Under the pieces are notes generated by a model. The model worked only from the letters and a program-made list of their open reading frames with translations, was not told the origin of the DNA and made no database searches. A stretch of 64,000 nt of DNA from Octopus sinensis (lineage: Eukaryota). Made by a program: the position numbers and the translations under genes. Shown in pieces: positions 38,055 to 50,847 of this stretch (position 1 is its first letter; each line of letters starts with the position of its first letter). Location of the stretch: the NCBI RefSeq assembly GCF_006345805.1, contig NC_043003.1, positions 92,008,001-92,072,000 of the forward strand. Direction: 5' to 3'.

Positions 38055-38622
38055 TGGGGAAGTAGAGCAGATGCCAAAAACTATAGGCCTATCTCTCTTA
38101 CTTCACACATCAGCAACGTCATGGAATGGATAGTCAGAGGGAAACTAATCGCATTCCTTGAAGAAAATAACTTGCTGAGTGATACCCAGCATGGTTTTCG
38201 ACCAGGTAGGAACTGCCTGACCCAGCTCTTACTACATTATGACTGGGTGTTGAGGCAGTTACTCAACAAATCAAATGTGGACGTAATATACCTTGATTTT
38301 GTAAAAGCTTTTGACAAGGTGGACCATGATATGATATGCCACAAACTGCGTGACCTTGGCATAGCTGGAAAACTTGGAGAGTGGTTACATGACTTCCTGA
38401 AAGTTAGGAGTCAGGCAGTAGTGGCTAATGGAGCCACCTCTATGAACACACAAATAGTGAGTGGTGTTCCACAGGGCACAGTCTTGGGACCACTGCTTTT
38501 TATAGTGGCCCTCTCAGATATGCCCTTAAATGCCCAGATAGCCACTCTGGCAAGCTATGCAGATGATACGAAAGTCTCACAGAAAATACAGAACCCCAGC
38601 GATGTTGCACACCTGCAGCAGG
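38055..38622 (+). mobile_element. CR1/Jockey-group LINE RT fragment
   Basis: YRPISL, QHGFRPGRNCLTQL, VIYLDFVKAFDKVDH, SGVPQGTVLGPLLF, YADDTK. Confidence 0.9.
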
Positions 38623-39030
38623 AAAAGTTTGATTTGTGTTTTTGTTTGTGCATATGTTGATATGGGTAATTCGAGATGTGTTCACAGAAATGATCAAGTG
38701 TTTTGTTCTTATCTTTTGAGGGGGTGTAGTTACTCCTATTTCTGACCAACAATTTGTCCTCGTATTTGTCGTATAGCTCCTCAGTAAGTCGTAATTTTCT
38801 ACAGAATTCTGCGATGTCTTCTTTCATTTCATTGTAGTTGGGGTGTTGTGGGGTGGGTGTAAACTTGAGTCCTTTGGATAGTATATTTATTTAGTTTGCT
38901 GTTTGTTCATTGTGAGTTAGATTGATAATTTTTATCACTTTTGGTTCCTCCTGCCTGTTTGGTGCTATCTTGTGTCTCTGTGTTTGCGTATTGGGTCTAA
39001 AAAAGGAATGTGGTGGTTGAGACGGTAGCT
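38623..39030 (-). mobile_element. Inverted 5' segment of the adjacent Penelope-like element
   Basis: Minus strand reads ILSKGLKFTPTP..EFCRKLRL..YPYQHMHKQKHKSNFS, continuing as MHKQKHKPNFSKKE on the + strand at 39042. Confidence 0.88.
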
Positions 39031-39040
39031 ATTATATAGC

Positions 39041-41560
39041 TATGCACAAACAAAAACACAAACCAAACTTCAGCAAAAAAGAATGGGCTGAGCTGAACAA
39101 ATTAAAACATGACAAAACAATAACAATCAAAGAGGCCGATAAAGGGAGTGCAGTTGTCTTAATGGACACAACATTTTACATAACTTTAGTACTATCTATG
39201 TTGGAAGACACAACATATTATGAAAAGGCACAAAACTACAGTCAACAAAAAATAATGAGGGAACTAAAATCCATGTTAAACCCATACAAAGAAGGGCTCA
39301 CCGACAAAGAATATGACTATATGACCAATTTCACAAGTAAAACCACCCAATTCTATGATATTCCTAAGATACACAAAAGTGAGAAAATAAGTAACGCATG
39401 CAAGATAGCCACAGACAAAATAATTAAAGTCCCTAATCCTAATGACCTCAAATTGAGACCCATAATAGCAGGTCCCGCATGCGAAACCCACCGTCTCAGT
39501 AACTTTTTAGACACCCTCTTAAAACCACTCCTCAAACATGTCAACAGCGATATAAGGGACGACCTGGATATGCTCAATCACCTACCTAATACTAAAAACA
39601 AAAACACCCTACTAGTATCCTTCGATGTAGTCAACCTCTATTCCAATATCCCCCACAACCTAGGAATAGAGGCAATTCAATTCTGGCTAGAGAATCATGC
39701 CAACGAACTCCCACATCGCATCAAAAAAGAATTCGTGATAGAAGGGGTTAAATTCATCCTGGAAAGTAACTTCTTCGCCTTCAAAGACAACTTCTACTGA
39801 TAAAAACGCGAATGGCTCCCTCCTTTGCCAACCTAGTCATGGGATATCTAGAAATCAGTCTGTATCGTAAGGTTCTAGAAAGATATGGTAGCCCTTTCTC
39901 CCTCTACATAGAAAACAACTGGAAGAGATACCTAGATGACTGTTTCATTCTTTGGCATGAAAATATAGAGAAACTCAAAGAATTCCAAGCAATTTTAAAT
40001 GGACTGGACGTAAACATCCAATTCACGATGGAATATAGCCAGCAACAACTCCCCTTCCTCGACATCCTCATTAGGAAATCTAATAATGTAATAGAAACAG
40101 ATATATACAGATTCTAAGCAATATCTTCCATTCAATTCATGCCACCCCAGACACACCAGAATGAATATCCCCTTCAATCTAGCAAAAAGGATATGTACTA
40201 TAGTTTCTAATGCAAACACCAGAGACACACGACTACAAGAACTAAAAGATACCCTCATCACCAGGAACTACCCACCTTCACTTATTGACATATGCATTCA
40301 ACTCAACATCCAGGAACTCAGACATCCCAAATTAAAGAAAAGTTTACGACCAAAAGCCTTACCATACATCTCCACACACAACCCTCTTAACAATGAAGCC
40401 TTCAACACCATCCTCCAAAACATACCCCTGCTAAAAAAAGACCACAGAATGAACATAATCCTCCAAACACACACGATCATAAAAAGCAAGAGACAGCCTA
40501 AATCTTTGAAAAATCTCCTAACACAAGCCCGAATACGCTCATCAACACAGAAGCCAGCAGTAAAAAAATGTGGAAGACCCAATTGCGGGATATGCAATTA
40601 TCTAATTGAGGGATCAGAGTTCTCCTTCAAACAGGGACAACGGTTCATAGTGAAAGGCAGCTTCACATGTGCTTCGGAGAACCTGATATACACACTAACC
40701 TGCTCTGGGTGTCAAGAGCAATACATAGACCAAACAAAAAATAGTTTGCGTAAAAGAATGGCCCTGCACAGATCCCAGATAAAAATTCCTCAAAGCAGAA
40801 AAATAGCATTCAGCCAACACATAGATATTTGCGCCAACAACAAAACACCAAGCTTCAGGATTTCCCCCCTCTACCAATTCAGGGACGATACAACCTCGAG
40901 CCAACAAATAAGTAAAGAAACTCTCTTTATTACAAAATACAGGCCCCTTTTACAATCCACCTTGGCTTTAGAATAACACAAATACACACACAAATATTAC
41001 ATTCCTAAGAATCCATTAAAAATCAGCCCCAATCACAGCTATAACCCATAATGTGCCAACTTTAAGTCATACAACACCTCACTACTTCCATTCATTCATA
41101 TTCTCCCTTCTTCTTCTTCTTCTTCTCCTTCTCCTCCTCCTCCTCCTCCTCCCCTTCTACTTCCTAACTTTATCACTAATGCTTTTTAGTATAACACCTA
41201 TAAACAAACCTTTAAATAGAAATATTCTCATGAATTGAACAGCAACTGCTAGTGGCCACTGACCACTCAAAATACTACAATCAAGGCACTTCCAAATTCT
41301 TCTCCCCTTCTCCTCATCCTTCTTCTTCCCTACCAAGAATTAACAAGTGTAAACAAGAGAGACAGAGAAAGGCAGAAACAAGGAAAATGCCACTTATATT
41401 TGAACACTATACAAATATTCTTTTAAAAAAACTTTTTAAAAAATTTTTCTAAATTTAATTATTTAATCGTTACAGTTGAAAAGGTCTTAAATGACTGAAA
41501 CCGGTACTGAAATGTTCTTTATAAAATTATTTTAGCATTTTCTATCTTGACTTGTTTTTT
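39041..41560 (+). mobile_element. Penelope-like retroelement (RT + GIY-YIG endonuclease), frameshifted
   Basis: KEADKGSAVV, PKIHK, LRPII, SFDVVNLYSNIP, MAPSFANL, RYLDD, LPFLD; CGRPNCGIC, NLIY..CSGCQEQYIDQT..LRKRMALH. Confidence 0.93.
41473..41509 (+). ncRNA. Degenerate minimal type I hammerhead ribozyme in the Penelope terminal region
   Basis: CAG-TTGAAAA-GGTC-TTAAAT-GACT-GAAA-CCGG-TA-CTG: stem I, a CUGANGA box with 2 changes, stem II, GAAA, palindromic stem III. Confidence 0.6.
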
Positions 41561-41561
41561 T

Positions 41562-41609
<48 letters not shown>

Positions 41610-41624
41610 TAAATATATATATAT

Positions 41625-42447
41625 AGCCTGGTTTCACCCGGTCTGTTTGGATGATGTGGTTGTGATCATTTTCAGTTAGGCATAGTCTATAACAGCGATT
41701 CTGAACCTTATCATTTCGGGTCCCCTGTTTCGATTGGAGCCTCTAGCTGTATGAAAATTTCGTGATTCCCCACCCTGTCAGAAAAGATACTTCAGGAGTT
41801 GTGAAGAAGTACTTTGTAGATAGTCTGTTTCATGGCAAGGCAAATTTTCAAGATTTGAAAGGGGAAAAAATTTTTTAAATTGAGGAAGGGGAAAAAAGAA
41901 TTTCAGAATGTTTTTTTCAAAAAAATAATAATACATATATACAAAAATTAATAAATAAGTATACCAATACATTGTAGAGTCTTTATGCTTTTAGAGTTCA
42001 AGAATAGTCCTTGGAAAAACTTCTTTGGAGGATTAGGATGCATGTGTTTAAATGTAGTGTTTTGTTTAAAAGAGTTGGTGAATGTGTGTCAAAACAGGAA
42101 ATGGGGTAGGAGTTATCCAGTTCCTGTGAGTAAAGGGAGACAATTCTGTGGATTTTATGCTCTTTAATTGGAATGATGGATTTTTTGTCAAACAGGATGC
42201 TTATATCAATTTTTTGTCAGATAGGATGCTAGAAAAAGGAGTATGGTTATCCTGGAGTTTGCATATTAACACGTGTTTGGAATTTTTCAATAAAAAGATT
42301 CTTCTTGTTGATTCTTTCTTGTGTAGAGATTCTGTCTTTATATTGGTAGAAAGGGAATATGTGAAATTTGGGATTTTTATCTCTAGTGCAAGAGTCTATG
42401 TGACTACTTAGTGGAATTTGACGGTATTATGGGAGATTTATCTGTTC
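41625..42447 (-). mobile_element. 3' end of a second, related Penelope-like element
   Basis: Minus strand EQINLP*YRQIPLSSHIDSC..PKFHIFPFYQYKD..KNLFIEKF parallels the GIY-YIG C-terminus of 40161-40976. Confidence 0.7.
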
Positions 42448-42477
42448 TTTTATTATTATTATTATATATATATATAT

Positions 42478-43290
42478 ATGGCCGAAATGTCTGTCCACAC
42501 CAGGCAGTGGCATGAAACTAGAATATATCATGTCTGTTGTGCAAGCCATATACCAGAGATATGTCCCAGAGCAGAAAGCCAAAACAAATAGGAACAAGAT
42601 TCCAAGGAAGAGGAAGATCCTCATGAGATGACGGAAGAAAGTTGCAAATTGCCTCAACCAAAATCCCCAAAGTAGCGAAAAGTCTCGCCTAAAAACAACA
42701 CCAATGGAGATTGAAAACAGGCTGCAACAATTCTATGTGAGCGAAAGAGTAGAGAAAGAAGCCTGGATTATAAAAAAACATTAAGTCAAACCCAAAGGCC
42801 TTCTTTCATTATGCGAAAGAAACAGTCTCAGTACACTACAAGATAGAACCCCTCCTCCAAAAGGATGGCTCCCTCACAGACAGTCCAACTAAGATCAGTG
42901 AGATGCTGAATGACCAGTTCAAAAGTTTCTTTACCACCCCATTGGAACACAGACAAGTGAACGAACCAGTGGACATCTTTGCCACCTCACCTATAACCAG
43001 AGAGGCAGTTACGATGGAATACATTGACGTTAGCGAAGAAGATATACTACTAGCCATAGATGAGGTGGACACAAACTCAATGCTGGTCCTAATCGTTTCC
43101 CAGCAATCCTCCTCAAAGCGTGTAAGCATGCCCTGGCAAAACCCCTCCAGATTCTCTTCCAGAGCTTTCTTGAAAATGGCAGTCTGCCAAGCAAGCTGAA
43201 GGAGGGAATAATATGCCCCACCCATAAAGGAGGAAGCAGAGCAGATGCCAAAAAGTATAGGCCTATCTCTCTGACTTCACACATCAGCAT
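42478..43290 (+). mobile_element. CR1/Jockey-group LINE fragment (region upstream of RT)
   Basis: IKSNPKAFFHYAK, LNDQFKSFFT, AGPNRFPAILLK, ICPTHKGGSRADAKKYRPISLTSH; its end overlaps the start of the 38055 fragment. Confidence 0.8.
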
Positions 43291-43295
43291 ATATT

Positions 43296-43359
<64 letters not shown>

Positions 43360-43739
43360 GTACTTTTACATGCTACAGGCATGGGTGACATTTGCGTCAC
43401 ATCAGTATCTGCCATAACTGTGAGTTTACTTGTCTTGATGGGTTTTCTTCTCAAACATGGCATAATGCCAATGGTTTTGGTGATTCATCATTGCCTTCAT
43501 GAAGCACAACACTTGAAAAGCGCTTTTCATGTGCCACTGGCATCGGCCACCTTGCCTCCATGAGGCCCAATGTTTGAAAAGTGCTTTTTACATGCCACCA
43601 GCACAGGTGTCAGTCATGTGACACCAGTAATGGCCATGGCAGCAATTTCACTTGGCTTGACAAGTTTTCTCAAGCACAGCATATCGCCAAAGGTCTCGGT
43701 CACTACTCATTGCTTCCATGAGGCTCACGATTCGAAGAT

Positions 43740-44430
43740 CATGTTTTACCACTTCAACCGATGTCTTCCTGGGTCTACTTTTATCACAAAGTCTGTCTCT
43801 GAGATCAGCACTTCTTTACACAACTGTCTTCGTCCATATCTATCGCATGACCACACCAGCTCAGTCATCTCTCTTGCACACTACATCTAATGTGTCTTAT
43901 GCCCAACTTTTCTCTCATGATGCTTACACTCTGTTGCACATGCACACTGACACTGTATATTCAGCAAAGCATACTGGCTTCATTTCTTTCAAGTCTACAC
44001 ATGTCCTTGGCTGTCACAGCCCATATTTCACTGCTGTGTAGCATAGCTGTTCGCACACAGGCGTCATCCAGTCTGCGTTTCACTCTGAGGGAGAGGCCCT
44101 TTGTTGCCTGCAGAGGTAGGAGCTCTCTGAACTTTGCCCAGCCTATTATTATTCTCTGAGCTATGCTCTCGGAGCATCTACTAACTTGGTCACCTAGATA
44201 ACAGAAGCTGCCTACTACTTCTAGCTCACTCCACTGGCAGTTGATGGAGTCTATTTTCTGTACATTTTCAGTGTTTATTGTACCTGTGCATCTTCCATGC
44301 ACAAAAGCTGTTAACCTTCCTCTGCTATTGCTGCATCTCTTATGTGTCCGTAACTTACACCTGGTACATCTTATGGAATTTCTACCTATGCCTTTTCTAC
44401 AGATGAAGCAGGGTCATATACCAAGAAAGG
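43740..44430 (-). mobile_element. RTE-type LINE 3' fragment
   Basis: LEVVGSFCYLGD, RIIIGWAKFRELLPL, LSLRVKRRLDDACVRTAMLHSSEIW. Confidence 0.85.
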
Positions 44431-44450
44431 ATTTTTGATTTGTATATATG

Positions 44451-44521
<71 letters not shown>

Positions 44522-45372
44522 CTCCTCTTCTTATTTTAAACATTCACTTTTCCATGAGTTGGCTGAGACTACATTGGAGCAAAATTTCTGCATCTGGATG
44601 CTCTTCTTGATATTAGACTTCACCTGTTTCCAAACAAGGTAATAATTCTCTAGTCTGTCAAACAACAAACAACACTAATAGTTACATGGAGAGAGCTGAA
44701 AACAAACAACACCTTATGAATTAATCCTTTGTTAGATATGTGTATGTGTGCATATATGTATGCATGTATGCATGCATCTAGCTGTAGAAAATCTGCCTTA
44801 ATAAATCCCATCAGACCTAAGCAAGCATAGAAAAGTGGATGTTATGTGTGTGTGTGTGTATATACATATAATATTATTATTATTATCATTATTATTTAAA
44901 GGTCACAATACATGTATTAAAGCGCTACTAATAGTTTCATATCTTGAGAGTACTCAAACATATTCTTCAGATGCAAACCACATATACTCCAGATGGAGTA
45001 CTTTCTTTGTTGACTATTCTATCACGGATCAGTACATTATACATGTATTGCCCCAGCATGGCCGCGGCCTTCGGGCTAAAACATTTTTAAGGATTTAAGG
45101 ATGAAACCAGCATGACAATAAGAGTATTTTGTATGGTGAGAAAAAGAGAATGTGTATTGGAATGCTTTCAACTCATAGAATTTTATGCACTCCCCTGCCA
45201 TATATATATGTATGTATGTATATATAAAATTTCAAGAAGTTTATTATTTGTTTCTTTTGTTTTTCATTTCTTTTTTTTTTTTTTTCAGATTTTTCTTTGA
45301 ATGTCTCAGATAAAACTGTGAGAATATCAGAGAACCAAAAGCCTCAATATTTTAATTGTTCATTCACCGAAA

Positions 45373-46593
45373 ATGGAAGTTGAGATGGATGCTGAGATGG
45401 AAGCTGAGATTGAAGCTGAGATGGAACCTGAGATGGAATCTGAGATGGATCCTGAGATGGATCCTGAGATGGAACCTCTTTCAGGTGAGAACCTGTTTCA
45501 GTGTGATATATGTAAGAAGGAGTTTCTACATAAGAGTGATCTTGGAGTTCATCTAGTTACACACACCAACAAGAAACGTTTTCATTGCCCAATTTGTGAG
45601 AAAGATTTTGCTGATCCTTCAAAGTCCGTACGGCACATGCGAACACATACTGGAGAGAAGCCATACCATTGTGGTGTGTGTGGTCGAGCGTTTGGCTATC
45701 GAAATGTCTTGAAGAATCACTTAAAAACTCATACTGGTGAGAAACCTTTCCTATGTACAATATGTAATAGATCTTTTGCAAGGAAGGCTCATTTGACAGG
45801 CCACTTGAAAGTACACAATAATAAAAATTCACATCTACCAATAAGAATAACAACACCTTATTCAGAAAATTGGATAGGGAAAGATATCGTCACAAAAGTA
45901 TTCAATGAGGGAAGAACACAGCCACATGCAAATGATGGTAAAGACAAAGAGTCTGGTAATGATGGAACTGAGGGGAAAAAATCTGATAATGATGGAGCTG
46001 AAGAGAAAGAATCGAGTAATGATGGAGGTGAAGATGACAAAGACATTCCAGAGAATTCCAATAAGAATAAAGGGAAAAGAGTTCAGTGTCAAATTTGTGA
46101 TAAATATTTCTCATTTAAATGTGATTTGAAAATCCATTACCGAACTCACACTGGAGAGAAACCATTCCAGTGTGATGTGTGTGGTAAACATTTTGCACGA
46201 GGTGGTGATTTGCAAATTCATTTCCGAATACACACTGGTGAAAAACCTTTTAATTGTGAAAAGTGTGGGAAAACCTTCAGTGATAGGTCTTCTTTCAATA
46301 ACCACCGGAGGAGACACAGTGGGGAGAAACCGTTCCATTGTCAAGTGTGCCGACAGAATTTTGCCGATAGGTCCACTCTAAAAAGACACATCAGAAGCCA
46401 TACTGGAGAGAAGCCTTTCCATTGTGAGATTTGTGGCAAAAATTATAGCCGTAATGCTATCCTTAGCGTTCATCTAATGACTCATACTGGAGAGAAACCA
46501 TTTTGCTGTGATAAATGTGGGAAAAATTATTCACAGAAATGTACTTTAGTCGCTCATTTAAAATCTCACACTGAAGAAAGTGTCCCTGGATAG
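45373..46593 (+). CDS. C2H2 zinc-finger protein, 406 aa, 10 fingers in 4+6 arrays, single coding exon
   Basis: Intact ORF, ten CxxC..HxxxH units with TGEKP linkers; acceptor (T)nCAG at 45288; in-frame stop at 45319 upstream of the ATG; AATAAA at 46601. Confidence 0.96.
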   Translation: MEVEMDAEMEAEIEAEMEPEMESEMDPEMDPEMEPLSGENLFQCDICKKEFLHKSDLGVHLVTHTNKKRFHCPICEKDFADPSKSVRHMRTHTGEKPYHCGVCGRAFGYRNVLKNHLKTHTGEKPFLCTICNRSFARKAHLTGHLKVHNNKNSHLPIRITTPYSENWIGKDIVTKVFNEGRTQPHANDGKDKESGNDGTEGKKSDNDGAEEKESSNDGGEDDKDIPENSNKNKGKRVQCQICDKYFSFKCDLKIHYRTHTGEKPFQCDVCGKHFARGGDLQIHFRIHTGEKPFNCEKCGKTFSDRSSFNNHRRRHSGEKPFHCQVCRQNFADRSTLKRHIRSHTGEKPFHCEICGKNYSRNAILSVHLMTHTGEKPFCCDKCGKNYSQKCTLVAHLKSHTEESVPG

Positions 46594-47519
46594 AAAATGA
46601 AATAAAATTACCAAAAAATGTTGTTTTATTTAATGTGTTAAAAGCAAGCTTAGTCTATGAGCCATTTCACTTGGTTGAAGCTAAAGACGATGCTATAAAT
46701 TGTTCTAAAAACTATATGGCTTATATGCCTAATCAAAGCAAACCATTTAATGATTTTTTTTTCTTTTCTATATATATATAAAAAGACCTGACTGTAATTT
46801 TATTTAATTATCTTTCTCTTTGGCTCACTGTGTCTGTTTTTGTATTTTTTCTATATTTCCTCTTTTTTTTTCTCTGAAATAAAACAGCAGATGGAATTAG
46901 CAGGTTAGGTTTCAGTCTATGGTTTAGTATTATTAAGGCTGTTGGATTTGTATATAATATAACTGAATCTTATTGTTATTATATTCTTCTTGGGGTGCCC
47001 ATGGCCAGTTCTTCAGCAGATCTAAGCTAGAGAGGCAGCTGTTAGATAATACATACAAACCCATACAAAGCATTCGATTAATATTTCTTATATACTATCA
47101 GAGTCATCATTATTTTTATTTTGGATCATGATCTGTTAAGATTTAGGATTTAAAACGTGCAATTTCTATTTCGATGATGAAGAATTTAAGAGACCCACTT
47201 AACATCTAACAGAAACAAACATACTTGTTCAACTATATTGAGTCCTTGTGCTGTCTTTGCCAGTTACTGAAATGGAATTATAACATAAATGCTTATTCTG
47301 CTTCAATATTTAAAATTTGATTTAGGTTCAGTGTCTAGTTTAAAATAACTTCTTTAAAAACTTTTGCTACTATTTCAAATTTCAAACTTATGAATTCTTA
47401 AACGATGCCCATTTTTTAAGCATTTCCACTTTTTGTCTTTGGAAGCATGTGGCATAGTGGTTAGGGTTTTTGGCCCATGATCATAAGGTGATAGGTTTGA
47501 TTCCTGGACTAGTTATTAT

Positions 47520-47737
47520 CCCTTTAGCATTCAGATTTTTCTGTTAAATGTGATGCTTGTTTATTCATATTGTTTTCAGTAATCCTGAATTATCTTGTAG
47601 CTTTGAGATTTTGATAATGTTATTTTTATTTTTAGAATGAAATTGTAGGGTAGTTACGAGAAATCAGACCTGACCAGTTTGAGCATAAAGTGGGGAGAAT
47701 ATTTGGGCTGGATATGGCCTGTTTGAATGTTAAAGGG
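47520..47737. mobile_element. piggyBac-type MITE copy nested in a SINE
   Basis: Matches 23846-24056; SINE head at about 47445-47510 resumes after 47741. Confidence 0.75.
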
Positions 47738-49959
47738 TTAAGCAAAAGACACTATATTTCATGTTGCTCCAGTCTAATGAGCTGAGAACGAGTACCAGCT
47801 GATTTTTGGTACAGCACTTTGTCCCCATCCTGCTGTCACATTCTTGATGTTTCACTGGGTCATAGGAACAAGAAGGTATTTTTATTTGCAACTCCATTGG
47901 CACTAAACAACCAGTGAAAGCTTGGTATTAGTCACCATGTCATATTCATTTGCAAACAACAGCTAAGCTTTTCTATTGTTTTACATCCCATTAAATGAAT
48001 AGGATGACTTTTGCACATTTTAAGGTACTGTTGGGAAAACTGTTTACATTTCATTGCAAAGTGCTTTTTGTAAAGTTAACAAAGTACTCATCTGTGTAAA
48101 AAACAAAAACAAAACCTTCCGAACTTTAGATTACGGGGCCAGTTTTGATTTCAAAACTTCTCTCAAATGAGAATAGAAAACTATATATACAATGAGTTAG
48201 ACATGGCTAGAAGATAAAGGAGAATGAGTTTTATATTATAAATGTATTTCCATTTTTGGTATTTAAGAGCTAAATTATTAAGACATTGTTAAACTCCAAT
48301 ATATTATTACATTGCAATACACACTGCTGGAATATATTTAAAGCATAAGCTAAAATAACTGTTGAGGGCATTGTATTTGGAATAATTAAAAAGCAAGAAA
48401 ACTGTAAATTTCACGGCAAATTCATAATTTAATTGTAAACTATGAAATTTATGTTTTTCTGCTCTTTTTCTATATTATTTTAAATCTGTTTGAAAATGGG
48501 TTTTCAAAGCCCTTTTTTTTTGTCCCAGTCAGTAACTCTGAACCTAATTTGTCTTTCTTGAGCAAAAAATTTGATATTTTTGTAAAAATGGCTTAACTCT
48601 TTTGTTACCAAGTTTCTCTTGGAATACTTTGCTTGTTTCAGTTCAATTTTGAAAATAACAATTCAGTAAAATAACTCATTATTATGCTTAATTCATAAAT
48701 TCATATGAAACTTTGATGGAAAATTTTGAAATCACTTTAAAACATGAAGTTTGTATCTTGGAAGCTGGAGCAGTCTCAGGTGGGTTGGTATTGTAAAGAT
48801 TGGTTATTGTATTGATACCAAGTAACTATGTTTATTCTTGCATTAGCTGACTTGGCTATATATCAGTCTAACAAAGGGAGATAATTCTCCACTATAGTCA
48901 AGTGTTTGTATCCACATTCATTCATTTATCTATGGTTTGGTACTCAGTTATCGAAGAGGAGAAAAAATGTCAATTTTTTTTTATCCTTGCAGAGGATTTC
49001 AGTACTATTACAGGTAAATATTCTCTTAAATCTGGAACCTTTTCTCGATTGGTAAGTTGAATTCCAGCATCTACAATTCAGCATTCTCCTCTGACACAAA
49101 ATACCTGCAGTGAATGAGAACTCGTGTCTCTGAGCAGCTGATCCAGTTATCTCCTTGGCTATTTACAGATTTTAACATATTTCTTACACACACACAAGCA
49201 AACATTTATATGGTTACACCACTGATTTTCTAGTTCCAAAGCCTTGATTGATTTACAGTTTTTCTGAACCATCTGTGGTCACCTAATAATAATTCATCAA
49301 CACACATCTAACCTATTAATTATATGCTTCCCATGTGTCTAAACCACCATGAACATCTAGAAACTTAAATTAAACAAATACATGTTATTAAATATATATT
49401 TAATAAATGAAATACCAGTAGTTGTACATTACATTACTACATTTGTTAATTACTGTACATATAAAAAAATACTTCCAAGATGGCAAGTATTAGAATTTTA
49501 ATGGCTCTAATCTATCTTACGAATCCAGTCCATGGCTTTGACACTGTTGAAACCATTCCATTATCATTTGATCATGAGCAGTACTCTTACCATCTTTCAT
49601 AGTTTCTCTAGTTGTCATATGCTTTCTATGAATCATTGTTTACATAATACATCAATGTTTTGTCCCTTTGCTTCTTGATATTTTTAAACAGGAGATGAAA
49701 TCAGTGCCATAGATATCACACAGCTTATGTACTGAAATAATATCTTTTACTTGTTTCAGTCATTTTGACTGTGGCCATGTTGGGGCACTGCCTTGACAGG
49801 TTTTAGTTGAACAAATTGACTCCAAGATATTTTTTTAACCCTTGTACTTGTTCTATCAGTCTATTTTGCTGAACAGCTAAGTTACAGGGATGTAAACACA
49901 CCAACGTCAGTTGCCAAGTAGTGGTGAGACAAACAAACATACACACAAACACACACACA

Positions 49960-50015
<56 letters not shown>

Positions 50016-50807
50016 ATGGGTTTCTTTCAGTTTCTGTCTACCAAATCCACTCACATGGCTTTGGTCAGCTTGAGGTTGTAGTAGAAGACACTTGCCCAAG
50101 GTGCCATGTAGTGAGACTGAACTCGTAACCATGTGGCTGGGATGCAAGGTTCATATTTTCCAGCAGTTCTGCTTATCTTGTATCAATGTGAATTGTTGTT
50201 TATGTTTGCCCTAACCCTAACCCACTGCTGCTCTCAGTTCTATTACCTGTAGCAGCCATTGCTAAGAGCAACTTTAAGCTAAATATATAGAAGAGCTCTC
50301 AAAATTTTGGTATTGCCACTCACAAGTGCAGTATTGTATGTAAGTAAGCACATGGTACATATATCACCACCTGTTGTCATGCAGTGAATTAAAATGGCAA
50401 GCATATGGATTTCAACTACCATCTTATAAGTAATCCAAATTAAAGGTGGTGGCAGACCATCACTTGCTGGAAAATTTAGTGTCTGTTGTCCATGCTGGCA
50501 TGGGTTAGACAGTTTGACCAGGGCTGGAAGGCTGCACCAGACTCCAGTCTGGTTTTGCATGGTTATTATGGCTGGATGTTCTTCCTAATGTCAACCACAC
50601 CAAGAGTGTAATGGGTGATTTTTACGTGCCACCAGCATGGGTGCCATTTGCCTGACACTGATATCTGCCACAACTGCGATTTTACTTGGCTTGATGGGTC
50701 TTCTCCTCAAGCACGTCATAATGCCAAAGGTCTTGGCCATTGCCTCCATGAGGCCCAACTCTCGAAAGGTGCTTTTCATGTGCCACCGGCATCAGCCACC
50801 TTGCCTC

Positions 50808-50847
<40 letters not shown>

